DNA of 38,775 bases from Nitrospirales bacterium (GTDB lineage: Bacteria > Nitrospirota > Nitrospiria > Nitrospirales > UBA8639), in contig JAZFZJ010000041.1 of NCBI GenBank assembly GCA_036443915.1, positions 1-38,775 on the forward strand, read 5' to 3'. Positions 19,324 through 29,803 of the stretch are shown piece after piece. Numbering within the stretch: the stretch's first letter is position 1; each line of letters opens with the position of its first letter. The notes below the pieces were generated by a model. It did no database searches. It saw nothing but the letters and a program-made list of their open reading frames with translations, and was not told the origin of the DNA. A program made the position numbers and the translations under genes.

Positions 19324-22300
19324 GATCCCACCTTCACGGGAGAGGCCATGCGAGACTGAACCAGGGGCAATCGAACGATAAATCGAGTGCCTTTTCCCTC
19401 TTCACTTTCCACCAACATTTCCCCCCCATGCCGGTGAACAATGCCTAAACTGACTGACAATCCTAGTCCCGTTCCTTCGCCAGTCCCCTTTGTCGTAAAA
19501 AAAGGATCAAAAATCCGTGGACGAACATCTGGTGATATGCCGCAACCGGTATCAGCCACGTGAATCTCACATCCCTCTTCGTTTATTCGAGTTTCGAGTG
19601 TCACCTGGCCACCCTCTTGGAGAGCCTGAACGGCGTTCAGAACTAAATTCATCAAGACTTGCTCAATCATGAGAGCATCAATCATAACCGCAGGCAGTTT
19701 CGCATCATAAACCTTTTTCAATGTGGCGTGCTTCCCTGAAAAAACATGTTCTGTTAAGACGACCACACGATCCAGGATGGAATGAAGATCGGCTAGAGAC
19801 AATTCAGGCTCCCGTTGCTGGGAAAAATCCAAAAGCTGCCGCACAATGCGTTGTACTCTCCGAAGTCCATCTTCCATGAAATGCAAATATTCTTGAGAAC
19901 GCTCTGGCGTCAGCGTTCCCTTTTGAATGTTGTACAAACAATTCAAAATCCCTCCCAACGGATTATTGATTTCGTGTGCCACTCCTGCCGCTAATTGCCC
20001 GATGGAGGCAAGTCGTTCAGAATTTTGCACCTGGCGTTCCAGCTGCTTACGCTCCGTAATATCCCGCGCAATGCCCAGGACACCAGTATGAACCCCCGCA
20101 TCATTCAACAGTGGCGCCACACTTACCAACACCGACCGCAACTCTCCATTTCGACTCACAATCTCCACTTCGTAGACTTGTTTGGTCCCTATTTCCAGAG
20201 TATCTTGCAAATACCGCCCACGAAACCGTTTAGACAACAAAGAAAGATAGGGTTTGCCAAGGAGATCCTCCTTTTGATAGCCCCAGGCTTCAACTTTTCC
20301 ATTCACATAGGTGAAACATAAATCGATATCTAAGGTATAAATCACGTCGTTGGCATTTTCTAACAAACTCTCAATGTACAGCTTGGCCTGTTCCATTTCT
20401 CGGGTCCGCTCAACAACCTTTTCCTCAAGGGCCTCATTATATCGCTGGAGTTCTGCTTCGAGCTTTTTATGTTCAGTAATATCCCGCAACTGAACCATGA
20501 TAGATGACCGCTTGCCCATATCAATACGGACAAGGTCCATTTCCATGGATTTTATGGCGCCCTGTCGATCGGAAATTTCAATCTCGGTCGTTGGAACTTT
20601 GGACTCTGAACTGCTCGCCAGTGCCAAGAGATTTTGACTGCCGGTCTGGAATTCTGGGGAAAACAGCTTGGCCAACGAATCGCCTTCCAGATCAGAGGGG
20701 AGGTAACCCAAAATTTCACGTTCGCGAGCATTGACATCCAAAATTCGACCCTCCGAATCTACCACGAATATGGAATCAGCCGCCAAATTAAACAACGCCT
20801 TATAGCCAGCCTCTGAATCAGACAATTGTTGAGTCCGTTGTGCAACAAGACTCTCCAATTGAGTGGTATATCGTTCCACGGCACACTCCAACGCCTTCCG
20901 TTCGGTCGTATCCCTTACAAACCCTCTCGAATACACAACGGAATGGGTCTCAGGATCCACCATCGTGGTGGAATGGATTTCTACATCCAACACTTCCTGA
21001 GAGTGTGTGCAAAAAATCGTTTCAATAGAGCGGACTCCGCCAGACGCTAAACCCCGTACATAAGCCTTCACGGCGTCTTGTTGCTCTGGAGGGACGATAT
21101 CCCATAGCGACATCCTCAACATTTCTTGGAGTGAATACCCTAATTTCTGTAATTCAGTGGTATTGACATGCACAAATCGTCCAGCAGGGTCTAGCTGGTG
21201 AATCATTTCTGGTGCATTTTCAATCAAATCTCGATATTTCTCCTCTAACCGCCCTATTTCCTCCACTTTTTGGTTCAGTTCAGAAAATGAGCGTTGGAGA
21301 TTCTCAGCCATCGAATTAAACGTGTCAGCCAAACGTTCAATCTCATCGCCCGTACGGATATCGATGTGTTCCTTGAGGCTTCCACTACTAAATCGCTCAA
21401 CCCCTTCAGACAAAGACTGGATAGGTTTCACAATTCGTCCGGCCACAAGCACCCCCACACCCCACAAAATGACGAACACCGCGATGCCATAGGAAGCCAC
21501 CTTCGTTACTAATTGGCCTAACGGGGCATAGGTTTCCGCAGGATCTTGGCTCACCAACATTTGCCAAGACTTTCCGCCAAAGCTTTCTGGAGTCAGCGAA
21601 ACTCCCAAATGAAGGGGAGCGTGTCCGACAATAGCACTCTTCGCCCCATGAGAATCCGGATCAGCCACCAACCAGCCAGCCGTGCCCACCTGAAAAGCCC
21701 CCACCACACTTGGGGGAACGACATGCTCTTCTAATGAAAAAGCTGGGCACAAAATCGGCATTCCATCGGAGGTTACCAACATCGCATGACCTGTCTTCCC
21801 TGCAGACACCTCAGATATGGAGTGAAACAGGGAATCCCGCCGTAAAAGAATACTGATCGCTCCTACTACATTCTGATGGCCATCATCCCAAATAGGAACT
21901 CCAACATTAAGCACATGGGTCCCAAATCCGGGATCAAAGGACAAATCACTCACAAATGCCTGCGCATCCTGGTGTTGGGTGACCGCTTGCCACCAAATAC
22001 TATTCCCATGAAAAAACCCAACAAGCGGGAAGGAACTCAACACCAACGCCCCTTGGTTATCCACCACTACGATCGCCAGGTAATCAGATTTCCGAATGGC
22101 ATGCCATTGAATCAAATAATCCGTGGCATATTTATTAATGAACACGGGGAATTCATTTTGACTGGATTGAGCCCGCCAACTTTCTTCCCATTCGTCAATT
22201 AAGGCCTGAATTTCGTCAGCATTCCTGTCCACATAACTACGATTGGAGTTGATCACCGCACTTCGAATAAAGGGAATGGTCGAAAGTTGTTGGGCCTCAT

Positions 22301-22514
22301 TAATCCCTCGAATGATCTGGGTCTCCACTTTGCGGGCAACTTCAACCGCAATGCCCTTCATCGTGATACCGGCAGCTTCTCGAAGAGCGCGTTTTTCTTC
22401 AAAATAGGTGAGGAGGAGAGAAAGGACAAGGGGTAAAAGACCCACCAGCACCATAGCCAGGATCGTCTTACCCTTCAGTTGGAGGGGAAAACCAAAGCGT
22501 GCCACTTTGGTCAC
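19320..22514 (-). CDS. Membrane sensor histidine kinase (Cache-like periplasmic domain, HAMP, three PAS, HisKA, HATPase)
   Basis: Two TM segments, HAMP (DEIERLADTFNSM), three PAS ending RDTT/RDIT, H-box AHEINNPL, N/G/F boxes; start uncertain (GTG 22514/22505 preferred to TTG 22589); overlaps regulator start. Confidence 0.93.
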   Translation of the reverse strand: MTKVARFGFPLQLKGKTILAMVLVGLLPLVLSLLLTYFEEKRALREAAGITMKGIAVEVARKVETQIIRGINEAQQLSTIPFIRSAVINSNRSYVDRNADEIQALIDEWEESWRAQSSQNEFPVFINKYATDYLIQWHAIRKSDYLAIVVVDNQGALVLSSFPLVGFFHGNSIWWQAVTQHQDAQAFVSDLSFDPGFGTHVLNVGVPIWDDGHQNVVGAISILLRRDSLFHSISEVSAGKTGHAMLVTSDGMPILCPAFSLEEHVVPPSVVGAFQVGTAGWLVADPDSHGAKSAIVGHAPLHLGVSLTPESFGGKSWQMLVSQDPAETYAPLGQLVTKVASYGIAVFVILWGVGVLVAGRIVKPIQSLSEGVERFSSGSLKEHIDIRTGDEIERLADTFNSMAENLQRSFSELNQKVEEIGRLEEKYRDLIENAPEMIHQLDPAGRFVHVNTTELQKLGYSLQEMLRMSLWDIVPPEQQDAVKAYVRGLASGGVRSIETIFCTHSQEVLDVEIHSTTMVDPETHSVVYSRGFVRDTTERKALECAVERYTTQLESLVAQRTQQLSDSEAGYKALFNLAADSIFVVDSEGRILDVNAREREILGYLPSDLEGDSLAKLFSPEFQTGSQNLLALASSSESKVPTTEIEISDRQGAIKSMEMDLVRIDMGKRSSIMVQLRDITEHKKLEAELQRYNEALEEKVVERTREMEQAKLYIESLLENANDVIYTLDIDLCFTYVNGKVEAWGYQKEDLLGKPYLSLLSKRFRGRYLQDTLEIGTKQVYEVEIVSRNGELRSVLVSVAPLLNDAGVHTGVLGIARDITERKQLERQVQNSERLASIGQLAAGVAHEINNPLGGILNCLYNIQKGTLTPERSQEYLHFMEDGLRRVQRIVRQLLDFSQQREPELSLADLHSILDRVVVLTEHVFSGKHATLKKVYDAKLPAVMIDALMIEQVLMNLVLNAVQALQEGGQVTLETRINEEGCEIHVADTGCGISPDVRPRIFDPFFTTKGTGEGTGLGLSVSLGIVHRHGGEMLVESEEGKGTRFIVRLPLVQSRMASPVKVGS

Positions 22515-22559
22515 ATCACAACAACCATAACAAGTTTTTGACTCCGAAAGATGATTTAC

Positions 22560-22589
22560 ATTGTGGTGCTCGCTTTTCCTGGATGTCAA
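22560..22589 (-). promoter_or_regulatory. Possible sigma70-type promoter for the kinase-regulator pair
   Basis: Minus strand TTGACA (22584-89)-18 nt-CACAAT (22560-65). Confidence 0.45.
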
Positions 22590-22608
22590 GAAAGGGTATC
22601 TGAGCCTG

Positions 22609-23529
22609 CTACTTGCCTCGGCTTAATAATTTACCCTCAGCTCCAGGGTACAACAAGAGGAGCGGACTGGCCACAAAAATAGACGAATAGGTCCCCACTA
22701 TGACCCCCAAGAGTAAAGCCAATGAGAAATCATGGAGGACTTCCCCTCCCCAAATGGTTAATGGAACTAACACCAGCAAAACCGTCAACGTGGTTATCAA
22801 GGTCCGGCTTAACACCTGATTGATCCCATTGTTAATAATCTCAGGCACCGTTTCCCGTCGACGTTTTCTGAGATTTTCTCGAATCCGATCAAACACCACG
22901 ACGGTGTCCGTCAATGAATATCCTGCTAGCGTCAGCAATCCCGTGACCACTAACAGGGTAATTTCTTTATTCAACAGAAAATAAATCCCTAATACCACCA
23001 ACACATCGTGAAACGTCGCGATCGCCGCCGCCACACCAAACCGAAACTCAAATCGCACGGCAATATAGAGAATAATCCCCACTAAAGAGAGGACGATGGC
23101 GATCAGCGCATCCTCCTGAAGCTTTTTCCCAATCGTTGGACCAATGGAGGTGCTGGAATCCACGACAAACCCATGGCTGGGGAACTCCTCTTGAAAAGCT
23201 TGAATAATTTGCTTACTGATTTCTTCTTCAATGGTCGTTTCCGTTTTCACCCGAATCAGGAGTTTCTGATCTTGTGAAAATTCTTGCAGCTCCGCTTCTC
23301 CCAATCCATGTGTCACTAAGGCTTTTCTGGCGTCCTCTATCGAAAGTGGTTGATCGAATTTCAGCTGAACTGCCGTTCCTCCCGCAAAATCAATCCCGAG
23401 ATTAGCCGACCCAATCAAAATCCAAATCACCGCCAAGACCCCCAACGAGACTAAAATCCCCGATACCACATACGCGACATTTCGCTTGCCCATAAAGTCA
23501 ATATTGGTTTTTCCAACAATTTCCATCAT
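22609..23529 (-). CDS. secF: Protein translocase subunit SecF
   Basis: NLGIDFAGG, IGPTIG, FHDV, GYSLTDTVVVFDRIRE, GTYSSIFVA. Confidence 0.97.
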   Translation of the reverse strand: MMEIVGKTNIDFMGKRNVAYVVSGILVSLGVLAVIWILIGSANLGIDFAGGTAVQLKFDQPLSIEDARKALVTHGLGEAELQEFSQDQKLLIRVKTETTIEEEISKQIIQAFQEEFPSHGFVVDSSTSIGPTIGKKLQEDALIAIVLSLVGIILYIAVRFEFRFGVAAAIATFHDVLVVLGIYFLLNKEITLLVVTGLLTLAGYSLTDTVVVFDRIRENLRKRRRETVPEIINNGINQVLSRTLITTLTVLLVLVPLTIWGGEVLHDFSLALLLGVIVGTYSSIFVASPLLLLYPGAEGKLLSRGK

Positions 23530-23640
23530 GATCAGACCATGCTCCTACAGGAAAAGTCTCATGTTTTCATCCATGCTATCCGTTTTACCGAGATGAATTC
23601 CTCGTGATGTCACATGAACGAGGAATAATCCATGCGCCCA

Positions 23641-25275
23641 TCAAATACTCAGGGATTCCAATTTCCGACGATTGAGGAAATCAAAGACCACTTTCGTCCC
23701 CACAAACGCCGTAAACAAATTAATCCCAATACCTAGGCACAGAGTCACGGCAAACCCTTTAATTGGACCTGTCCCAAATAAAAATAATGCGAGTCCCGTA
23801 ATCAAGGTTGTCACGTGGGCATCCACAATCGTTAAGAACGCTTTGTCAAATCCGGCATCCACCGCCAAGCGAACAGGCCGGCCTAGACGCAATTCCTCTC
23901 GAATACGCTCGAAAATTAACACATTAGAATCCACACCCATTCCAATCGTTAAAATAATCCCGGCAATACCGGGAAGCGTTAACGTAGCGTTTAATCCGGA
24001 CAAGGCTCCCATCAATCCAATCAAATTGAGCAATACAGCCATATTGGCAATCACCCCCGAAAGCCGGTAATACACCACCATAAAAATTAAGACCAGCGCA
24101 CCAGCAATCAAGGTGGTCCGTAATCCCTTCTCAATAGAATCTTTTCCCAACGACGGACCCACTGTTAAATCCTGTATGGTTTTGAGCGGAGCCGGCAGGG
24201 CCCCAGCCCGAAGGACAACGGCTAAATCATTGGCTTCCGCCGTTGTAAAGGTTCCGCTAATTACCGCGCGTCCTCCACTTATTCGCTCATTAATGGTTGG
24301 TGCAGAATAGACTTTCCCATCCAACACAATCGCCATCCGTTTCCCCACATTGGCCGCCGTCAGAAGATCAAATTCACGTGCGCCCTTACTATCAAAGGTC
24401 ACACTCACTGCAGGTTCATTAAAGTCGCCAATCGTCACACTCGCATCCTGCAATAAATCTCCCACCAATGCAGCATCTTTCTTCACTAAATAGGGTCTAC
24501 TAAAACGGGTACCTTCAGGCTCAGCCTTCACGGTTTCAAATAAAATTTCAGAACCCTCAGGAACTTTTTCGGCAAAATCCTGTATGATTTTTTCTTCCTG
24601 TCCTTTTTGTACTTGTAGAGGTAAGTCCAACGCCATTTTTGACTCATCCAGCATTTTAAATTCCAATAAGGCTGTTTTTTGAATCAAATCCTTGGCCCGC
24701 TGTGGATCTTTCACCCCTGGTAATTGGATCGCAATTTGGTTCAATCCCAATCGCTGAATCAGGGGCTCGGCCACGCCAAATTGGTCAATACGATTTCGGA
24801 GCGTCTCAAGTGCTTGATCGATGGCCGAGGTCTTAATTCGTTTCGCTTCCGTGGAACGCAGTTCGTATTCCAGCCGAGTTCCCGAAGTCTTCATCGGCTC
24901 AAAACTCGGAAAGGCATCCTCCATCAACATCCGAACCTCTTCTCCATCCGACTCATTTTGCAGATCAATCACCATGACGGTCTGGCCCTCTCGTTCCACC
25001 CTATCAAACACAATCGTTTTCTCGGCCAACAGTTCTTCAACCGCTTTTCGTGATCGATCAACAGCTATCTCTACGGCCCGTTCCTCTTCCACTTCCAAAA
25101 CCAGATGGATCCCGCCCTGCAGGTCCAACCCCAACGAAAGCCCTCGAGGACTAAGAATGTACTTCATCCCCTCCGGCAACGATTGATAGAGCCCAGGAAA
25201 GGAAGGAATGGCCAAAATGCACGACACCACGGTCACCACACCAAGAAGAAGAAATCTTCCCCGAAGCTTTTTCAT
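23641..25275 (-). CDS. secD: Protein translocase subunit SecD
   Basis: LGLDLQGG, RNRIDQFGVAEP, LRAGALPAP, VGPSLG, GMGVDSNVLIFERIREE. Confidence 0.97.
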   Translation of the reverse strand: MKKLRGRFLLLGVVTVVSCILAIPSFPGLYQSLPEGMKYILSPRGLSLGLDLQGGIHLVLEVEEERAVEIAVDRSRKAVEELLAEKTIVFDRVEREGQTVMVIDLQNESDGEEVRMLMEDAFPSFEPMKTSGTRLEYELRSTEAKRIKTSAIDQALETLRNRIDQFGVAEPLIQRLGLNQIAIQLPGVKDPQRAKDLIQKTALLEFKMLDESKMALDLPLQVQKGQEEKIIQDFAEKVPEGSEILFETVKAEPEGTRFSRPYLVKKDAALVGDLLQDASVTIGDFNEPAVSVTFDSKGAREFDLLTAANVGKRMAIVLDGKVYSAPTINERISGGRAVISGTFTTAEANDLAVVLRAGALPAPLKTIQDLTVGPSLGKDSIEKGLRTTLIAGALVLIFMVVYYRLSGVIANMAVLLNLIGLMGALSGLNATLTLPGIAGIILTIGMGVDSNVLIFERIREELRLGRPVRLAVDAGFDKAFLTIVDAHVTTLITGLALFLFGTGPIKGFAVTLCLGIGINLFTAFVGTKVVFDFLNRRKLESLSI

Positions 25276-25295
25276 TCACCTACTCCTTAGAAACG

Positions 25296-25619
25296 TCATG
25301 AGTCATTCGATGTGCGGATGCTCGCAATATGATCCCGCTGCATCCGTATTTTGGTATTATCCGCGATCTGAAGGGTGATCGTTTCTTTATCCAAATTCGT
25401 CACCGTCCCCCAGATCCCTGAAGAGGTAATGACCTTCTCACCCTTTTTCAAGGCTCCCAATAATTCTCGTTGTTTCTTTTGCCGCCGTTGCTGCGGCAAA
25501 ATAAGTAAAAAATAAAACACGACAAAAATCAAGAGAAATGGGATAAGCGAAAGAAGTCCCGCTGATGTCTCAGGTGCAGCTCCCTCGGCTTGAGCCCAGG
25601 CTAACGATTGTAGAGTCAT
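25296..25619 (-). CDS. yajC: Preprotein translocase subunit YajC
   Basis: FYFLLILPQQRRQK, LKKGEKVITSSGIWG; tgt-yajC-secD-secF order. Confidence 0.96.
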   Translation of the reverse strand: MTLQSLAWAQAEGAAPETSAGLLSLIPFLLIFVVFYFLLILPQQRRQKKQRELLGALKKGEKVITSSGIWGTVTNLDKETITLQIADNTKIRMQRDHIASIRTSNDS

Positions 25620-25658
25620 AGGTACCTCAGATATGACAGTGTATTCAACATCACTCGA

Positions 25659-26801
25659 TCAGGTTTTCATGTCCTGAGCAAGCAGCTCACTCGCATCAGA
25701 TTCACGCAATCGGTAAAAATCTTTTCGGTATTCCTCGAAACATTGGTCTCGAATGGCCTGCCGTATCTCGCGCATGAGCGTGGCATAATACCAGAGATTA
25801 TGCACGGTATTCAGTCGAACACCCAACATTTCATGAGAGAGAAATAAGTGACGTAAATAGGCACGGGAAAACCGTTGACAAACAGGACAGCCGCATTCAG
25901 CATCAATAGGATTCGGATCCCGAGTATACTGGGCTTGCTTGATCAGAACTCGCCCCGTCGAGGTAAACAACCAGCCCGTTCGTCCATGTCGCGTGGGAAT
26001 AACACAGTCGAAGAAATCCAACCCCCGAGACACACCCTCGACAATATCTTCCGGAAGGCCAACTCCCATTAAATACCGCGGACGACGTGGAGGAAGCTCC
26101 GCCACGACGGTCTCAATCATATCCAACATTTCTGGCTTTTCTTCTCCAAGTGAAAGGCCCCCGAGGGCATACCCGTCCATATCCAAGGCCGCCAGTTCCT
26201 GCGTGGACTCCCGGCGTAAAGCCGGATACACGCTGCCTTGGACAATCCCAAAGAGCCCCTGGTGATCCTTTTTGGGAACGAGGGTACAACGCTTGGCCCA
26301 GCGAGTCGTCCGTTGGACAGCCTCACGAGCTTGCGGTTCCGTACAGGGAAAGGTGGGGCAATGGTCCAGCACCATCATCACATCCGACCCAAGAGCCACT
26401 TGGATCTCGATGCTTTTTTCTGGAGACAACAAATGCCAGGTGCCATTGATATGGGAACGAAAGCCAACCCCTTCTTCTGTCACTTCACACAGATCAGCCA
26501 AACTGACCATTTGATATCCGCCGCTATCGGTCAAAATAGCTCCCGACCATTGCATAAAGCTATGTAGGCCGCCATGCGCCTCAATCAATTCATGACCAGG
26601 CCGCAAAAACAAATGATAGGCATTCGCCAAAATCATCTGAAACCCACATTCGCGGACTTCATCAGGATGCAACCCCTTCACCGTGCCCTGGGAACCAACA
26701 GGCATAAACGTTGGGGTTTCTATCGCACCATGGGCCGTAGACAGCAGCCCCACACGCGCCTGACCTAACGGTGAGGCAACCTCAAGGTCAAAACGATTCA
26801 T
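25659..26801 (-). CDS. tgt: tRNA-guanine transglycosylase (queuine tRNA-ribosyltransferase)
   Basis: TPTFMPVG, LTDSGGYQ, GIVQG, PRYLMGVG, DCVIPTR, CGCPVC...HN zinc site. Confidence 0.97.
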   Translation of the reverse strand: MNRFDLEVASPLGQARVGLLSTAHGAIETPTFMPVGSQGTVKGLHPDEVRECGFQMILANAYHLFLRPGHELIEAHGGLHSFMQWSGAILTDSGGYQMVSLADLCEVTEEGVGFRSHINGTWHLLSPEKSIEIQVALGSDVMMVLDHCPTFPCTEPQAREAVQRTTRWAKRCTLVPKKDHQGLFGIVQGSVYPALRRESTQELAALDMDGYALGGLSLGEEKPEMLDMIETVVAELPPRRPRYLMGVGLPEDIVEGVSRGLDFFDCVIPTRHGRTGWLFTSTGRVLIKQAQYTRDPNPIDAECGCPVCQRFSRAYLRHLFLSHEMLGVRLNTVHNLWYYATLMREIRQAIRDQCFEEYRKDFYRLRESDASELLAQDMKT

Positions 26802-26867
26802 CCTCCTACCAACTCTGCGTTTGCATGAGAACCTCTGTTCCTCTTTAGAGATACGCCCAACCCTCTT

Positions 26868-28655
26868 TCACATTTTCTCGGGAGACGAAATGCCTAAGAG
26901 GGTCAAGCCATTTCGAATAACGGTTTGGACCTGTCGGAGAAGGGCTAAACGAGCAGTCGTTAACGCGGGAGAAGGAGGTTCATGTGGGGCTTTCGTGCTC
27001 GAGTCCGAAGTCTGTCCATTCGCGGCTATCGGGGGCCTGAGGGATTCCTCATGGGTTCCTGCAGATGAATCCATTACAGGCAAAACCCGATTTTTATTGT
27101 AATAGGCATGCACGTGTGCAGCAAGTTCTTGAAGATAAAAGGTCAACCGATGCGGCTCCAGGGCCAGGGCACTGCCTTCAACAATACCCGGATAGTGAGA
27201 GAGAGTTTTGATCAGACCTAGTTCTTCCTCCTGTAGGAACAAGGCCTGATCCACATCCTGAATCACCGGAATGCCTACCTCTCGTTCTTGGGCCACCCTA
27301 AAGAGGCTGGCTAACCGAGCATACGCATACTGAACATAATAGACGGGGTTGTCGGAAGATTGTTGCTTGGCCAATTCAATATCAAAATCCAAATGCGTAT
27401 CTGCTCGTCGCATCAAAAAGAAAAACTTGGCCGCATCAGATCCCACTTCTTCGAGCACTTCGCGTAAGGTCACAAATTCGCCGGACCGTTTGGACATTTC
27501 AACCTTCTGGCCCCCTCGAAGTAGGCTAACCATTTGCACCAAGACAACTCGCAACGCTTCCTTCGGATATCCAAGGGCCTGAACCACAGCCTCCATCCGA
27601 GGGATATACCCATGATGGTCCGCCCCCCAAATATTGATGACCGTATCAAAGCCCCGTGCAAGCTTTTGTCGATGGTAGGCAATATCGGCGGCAAGATAGG
27701 TATAGCTGCCATCCTGTTTTTGGACCACACGATCCTTGTCATCCCCAAACTCTGATGAGCAGAACCACCACGCCCCCTCTTTTTCCTTGATCAATTGTCG
27801 TTCTCGAAGATCATTCAAGGCGTGAGGAATGAGAGCCTCTGTATGGAGAGATGTCTCGCTGAACCAGGTCTCAAAACTCACCCCGAAGGTGCGGAGATCC
27901 TCTTTTATGCGATCCAAAAGAATCTGACATGCCATGCTGGCACAAAGATCTTCAGCCTCCTCCGGTGGACGATCAAGCAAGGCCTGACCATGTGTATCAG
28001 CCACCGTCTCTGCCAAAGGTTTAATATACTCACCATGATAGCCGTCTTCTGGAAACGTCGTGGGCACCTTCCAATATTCTTGATACCGGGCATAAACGGA
28101 GCGACCCAATAACTGCAATTGGCGACCAACATCATTGATGTAATACTCACGAGAGACGGTAAAACCCGCGGCCTTCAGAAGAGAGGCTATGGCCTGGCCT
28201 AATGCGGCACCCCGCCCATGCCCCACATGCAAGGGGCCAGTGGGATTGGCACTCACAAATTCCAATAACATTCGTTTTCCTTTTCCCACCTGACTTGTTC
28301 CATAGGAAGATCCCAACTCCTGGATCGTATGTAAGACCTGAATCCACTGAATGGGATGGAGTGTTATGTTTAAGAAACCAGGCGGGGCCACATCAACCCG
28401 CTCAAATAAATTTGGGAAGTGTTGGCGCAAACCCATAGCCACCACACCTGCCACTTTGAGAGGTGGTTGCCGAACTTGTGAGGCCAGAGTCATGCCCACA
28501 TTCGAGGAAAAATCTCCCCATTCTGGCCGCTTCGGCGCTTCGACCGTAAGAGTGGGAATAGTGGAAATACTTAACTCCCCTGATTCTTTGGCTTTTTCCA
28601 GTGCAACAGCAATGGCATGAATGACTTGATTTTGGAGAAACATGACGGCGTTCAC
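26868..28655 (-). CDS. argS: Arginyl-tRNA synthetase
   Basis: EFVSANPTGPLHVGHGRGA, GADHHGY, MSKRSG, NPVYYVQYA. Confidence 0.97.
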   Translation of the reverse strand: MNAVMFLQNQVIHAIAVALEKAKESGELSISTIPTLTVEAPKRPEWGDFSSNVGMTLASQVRQPPLKVAGVVAMGLRQHFPNLFERVDVAPPGFLNITLHPIQWIQVLHTIQELGSSYGTSQVGKGKRMLLEFVSANPTGPLHVGHGRGAALGQAIASLLKAAGFTVSREYYINDVGRQLQLLGRSVYARYQEYWKVPTTFPEDGYHGEYIKPLAETVADTHGQALLDRPPEEAEDLCASMACQILLDRIKEDLRTFGVSFETWFSETSLHTEALIPHALNDLRERQLIKEKEGAWWFCSSEFGDDKDRVVQKQDGSYTYLAADIAYHRQKLARGFDTVINIWGADHHGYIPRMEAVVQALGYPKEALRVVLVQMVSLLRGGQKVEMSKRSGEFVTLREVLEEVGSDAAKFFFLMRRADTHLDFDIELAKQQSSDNPVYYVQYAYARLASLFRVAQEREVGIPVIQDVDQALFLQEEELGLIKTLSHYPGIVEGSALALEPHRLTFYLQELAAHVHAYYNKNRVLPVMDSSAGTHEESLRPPIAANGQTSDSSTKAPHEPPSPALTTARLALLRQVQTVIRNGLTLLGISSPEKM

Positions 28656-28700
28656 AAATCCTATCTACGCAGAATATAAAGGCTTTTTATAAGCGCGGCG

Positions 28701-28729
28701 AATGTAACACAGCATACGTAACAAGGCAA
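28701..28729 (-). promoter_or_regulatory. sigma70-type promoter for the argS operon
   Basis: Minus strand TTGCCT-17 nt-TACATT with extended -10 TG. Confidence 0.5.
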
Positions 28730-28771
28730 GATTAGGTGTGGAGGTTATAGAACTTCGGAAAATGACGGAAG

Positions 28772-29797
28772 TTACACCAAGGCTTGCACTCCGCTCAGGA
28801 TGAATTCCGCTTGCTGAATAACTTCATCCTGATGCGGGGCGAGACATGGACGAATGAAACACTGCTCCATAGCTTCACGATTACAACAATGACAGGCCCT
28901 CCGCAACACCCGGACATGCTCCCCTCGAGGAGCCCATATGGAGGGATCAGTCGGCCCGAACAACAAAAGCGACGGAACACCCAGGCAAGCAGCCAAATGT
29001 GATAAGCCTGAATCATGTCCGATAAACAGTTGAGCGTTTGTTAAATGGCGGCTCATCGTGAGGAGATCCAAATTCTTGAGGATCGTGAGATCAAGATCTC
29101 CGAGAACATCTTCCATGGTTTGCAGAATTTCAACATCAGCTGGTCCACCGACCAGGCATAGGCGGCTGGTAGGCTTAATCAGCATCCTACGAACCACCTT
29201 GGCCAACAATTCTGGAGAGGCACATTTTATTCTACTCCCGCTCCCAGGATGAAGAATAATTACTCGTTCTTCAAGGCGATCAACAAGAGTTTGGCCATGC
29301 TTCCGACTAGAGCGTAGAACCGTGTTCAAAATAGAAACGGTTTCCTTTTTCGCTTCCCCTGCACCGGGAGATATTTGCCACGGTAAGAGAGTTTCGGAAT
29401 ATCGGTCGGCCATATGATGCTGAAATAAGGACGGATCATGAGGCGAACGAAAAATATACGTAGAGACTCCAAGAGCTTCAGCCCATCTTTGCCACAACCC
29501 ATCTGTGTCCGCCAGCCAACCCACCAGACGCGCACACCTATTAAAGAGGATATCGAGCCAACCTTCTTTGATCTCCAAACTCTTTTCAGATGAAAAGACA
29601 GGAAGGGTTTCGAAAGAGTAGGCTTGATGAACTAACTGAGCCGATGCGAAGACCTTTCCTACTTCCTTATGCCCAAACCACACCAGGCGATGATCTGGAA
29701 AACGATTTTTTAACGCATGAATAGCCGTTGAGGCCAGGAGCGCATCCCCCAAAGCCCCAGGATGAAGAATGAATAAAAGACGGGCGGAAGAACTCAT
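28772..29797 (-). CDS. Glycosyltransferase family 9 (ADP-heptose:LPS heptosyltransferase-like)
   Basis: GALGDALL, ILHPGSG, FIGHDSGLSHLAA, LFGPTDP. Confidence 0.88.
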   Translation of the reverse strand: MSSSARLLFILHPGALGDALLASTAIHALKNRFPDHRLVWFGHKEVGKVFASAQLVHQAYSFETLPVFSSEKSLEIKEGWLDILFNRCARLVGWLADTDGLWQRWAEALGVSTYIFRSPHDPSLFQHHMADRYSETLLPWQISPGAGEAKKETVSILNTVLRSSRKHGQTLVDRLEERVIILHPGSGSRIKCASPELLAKVVRRMLIKPTSRLCLVGGPADVEILQTMEDVLGDLDLTILKNLDLLTMSRHLTNAQLFIGHDSGLSHLAACLGVPSLLLFGPTDPSIWAPRGEHVRVLRRACHCCNREAMEQCFIRPCLAPHQDEVIQQAEFILSGVQALV

Positions 29798-29803
29798 TGC
29801 AAT

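Noticed and set aside
22515-22589. His/Cys-rich N-terminus (HH...CYGCC) of the kinase as a metal sensor
   Set aside because: Depends on a TTG start that coincides with a TTGACA -35 box and lacks an RBS; probably untranslated
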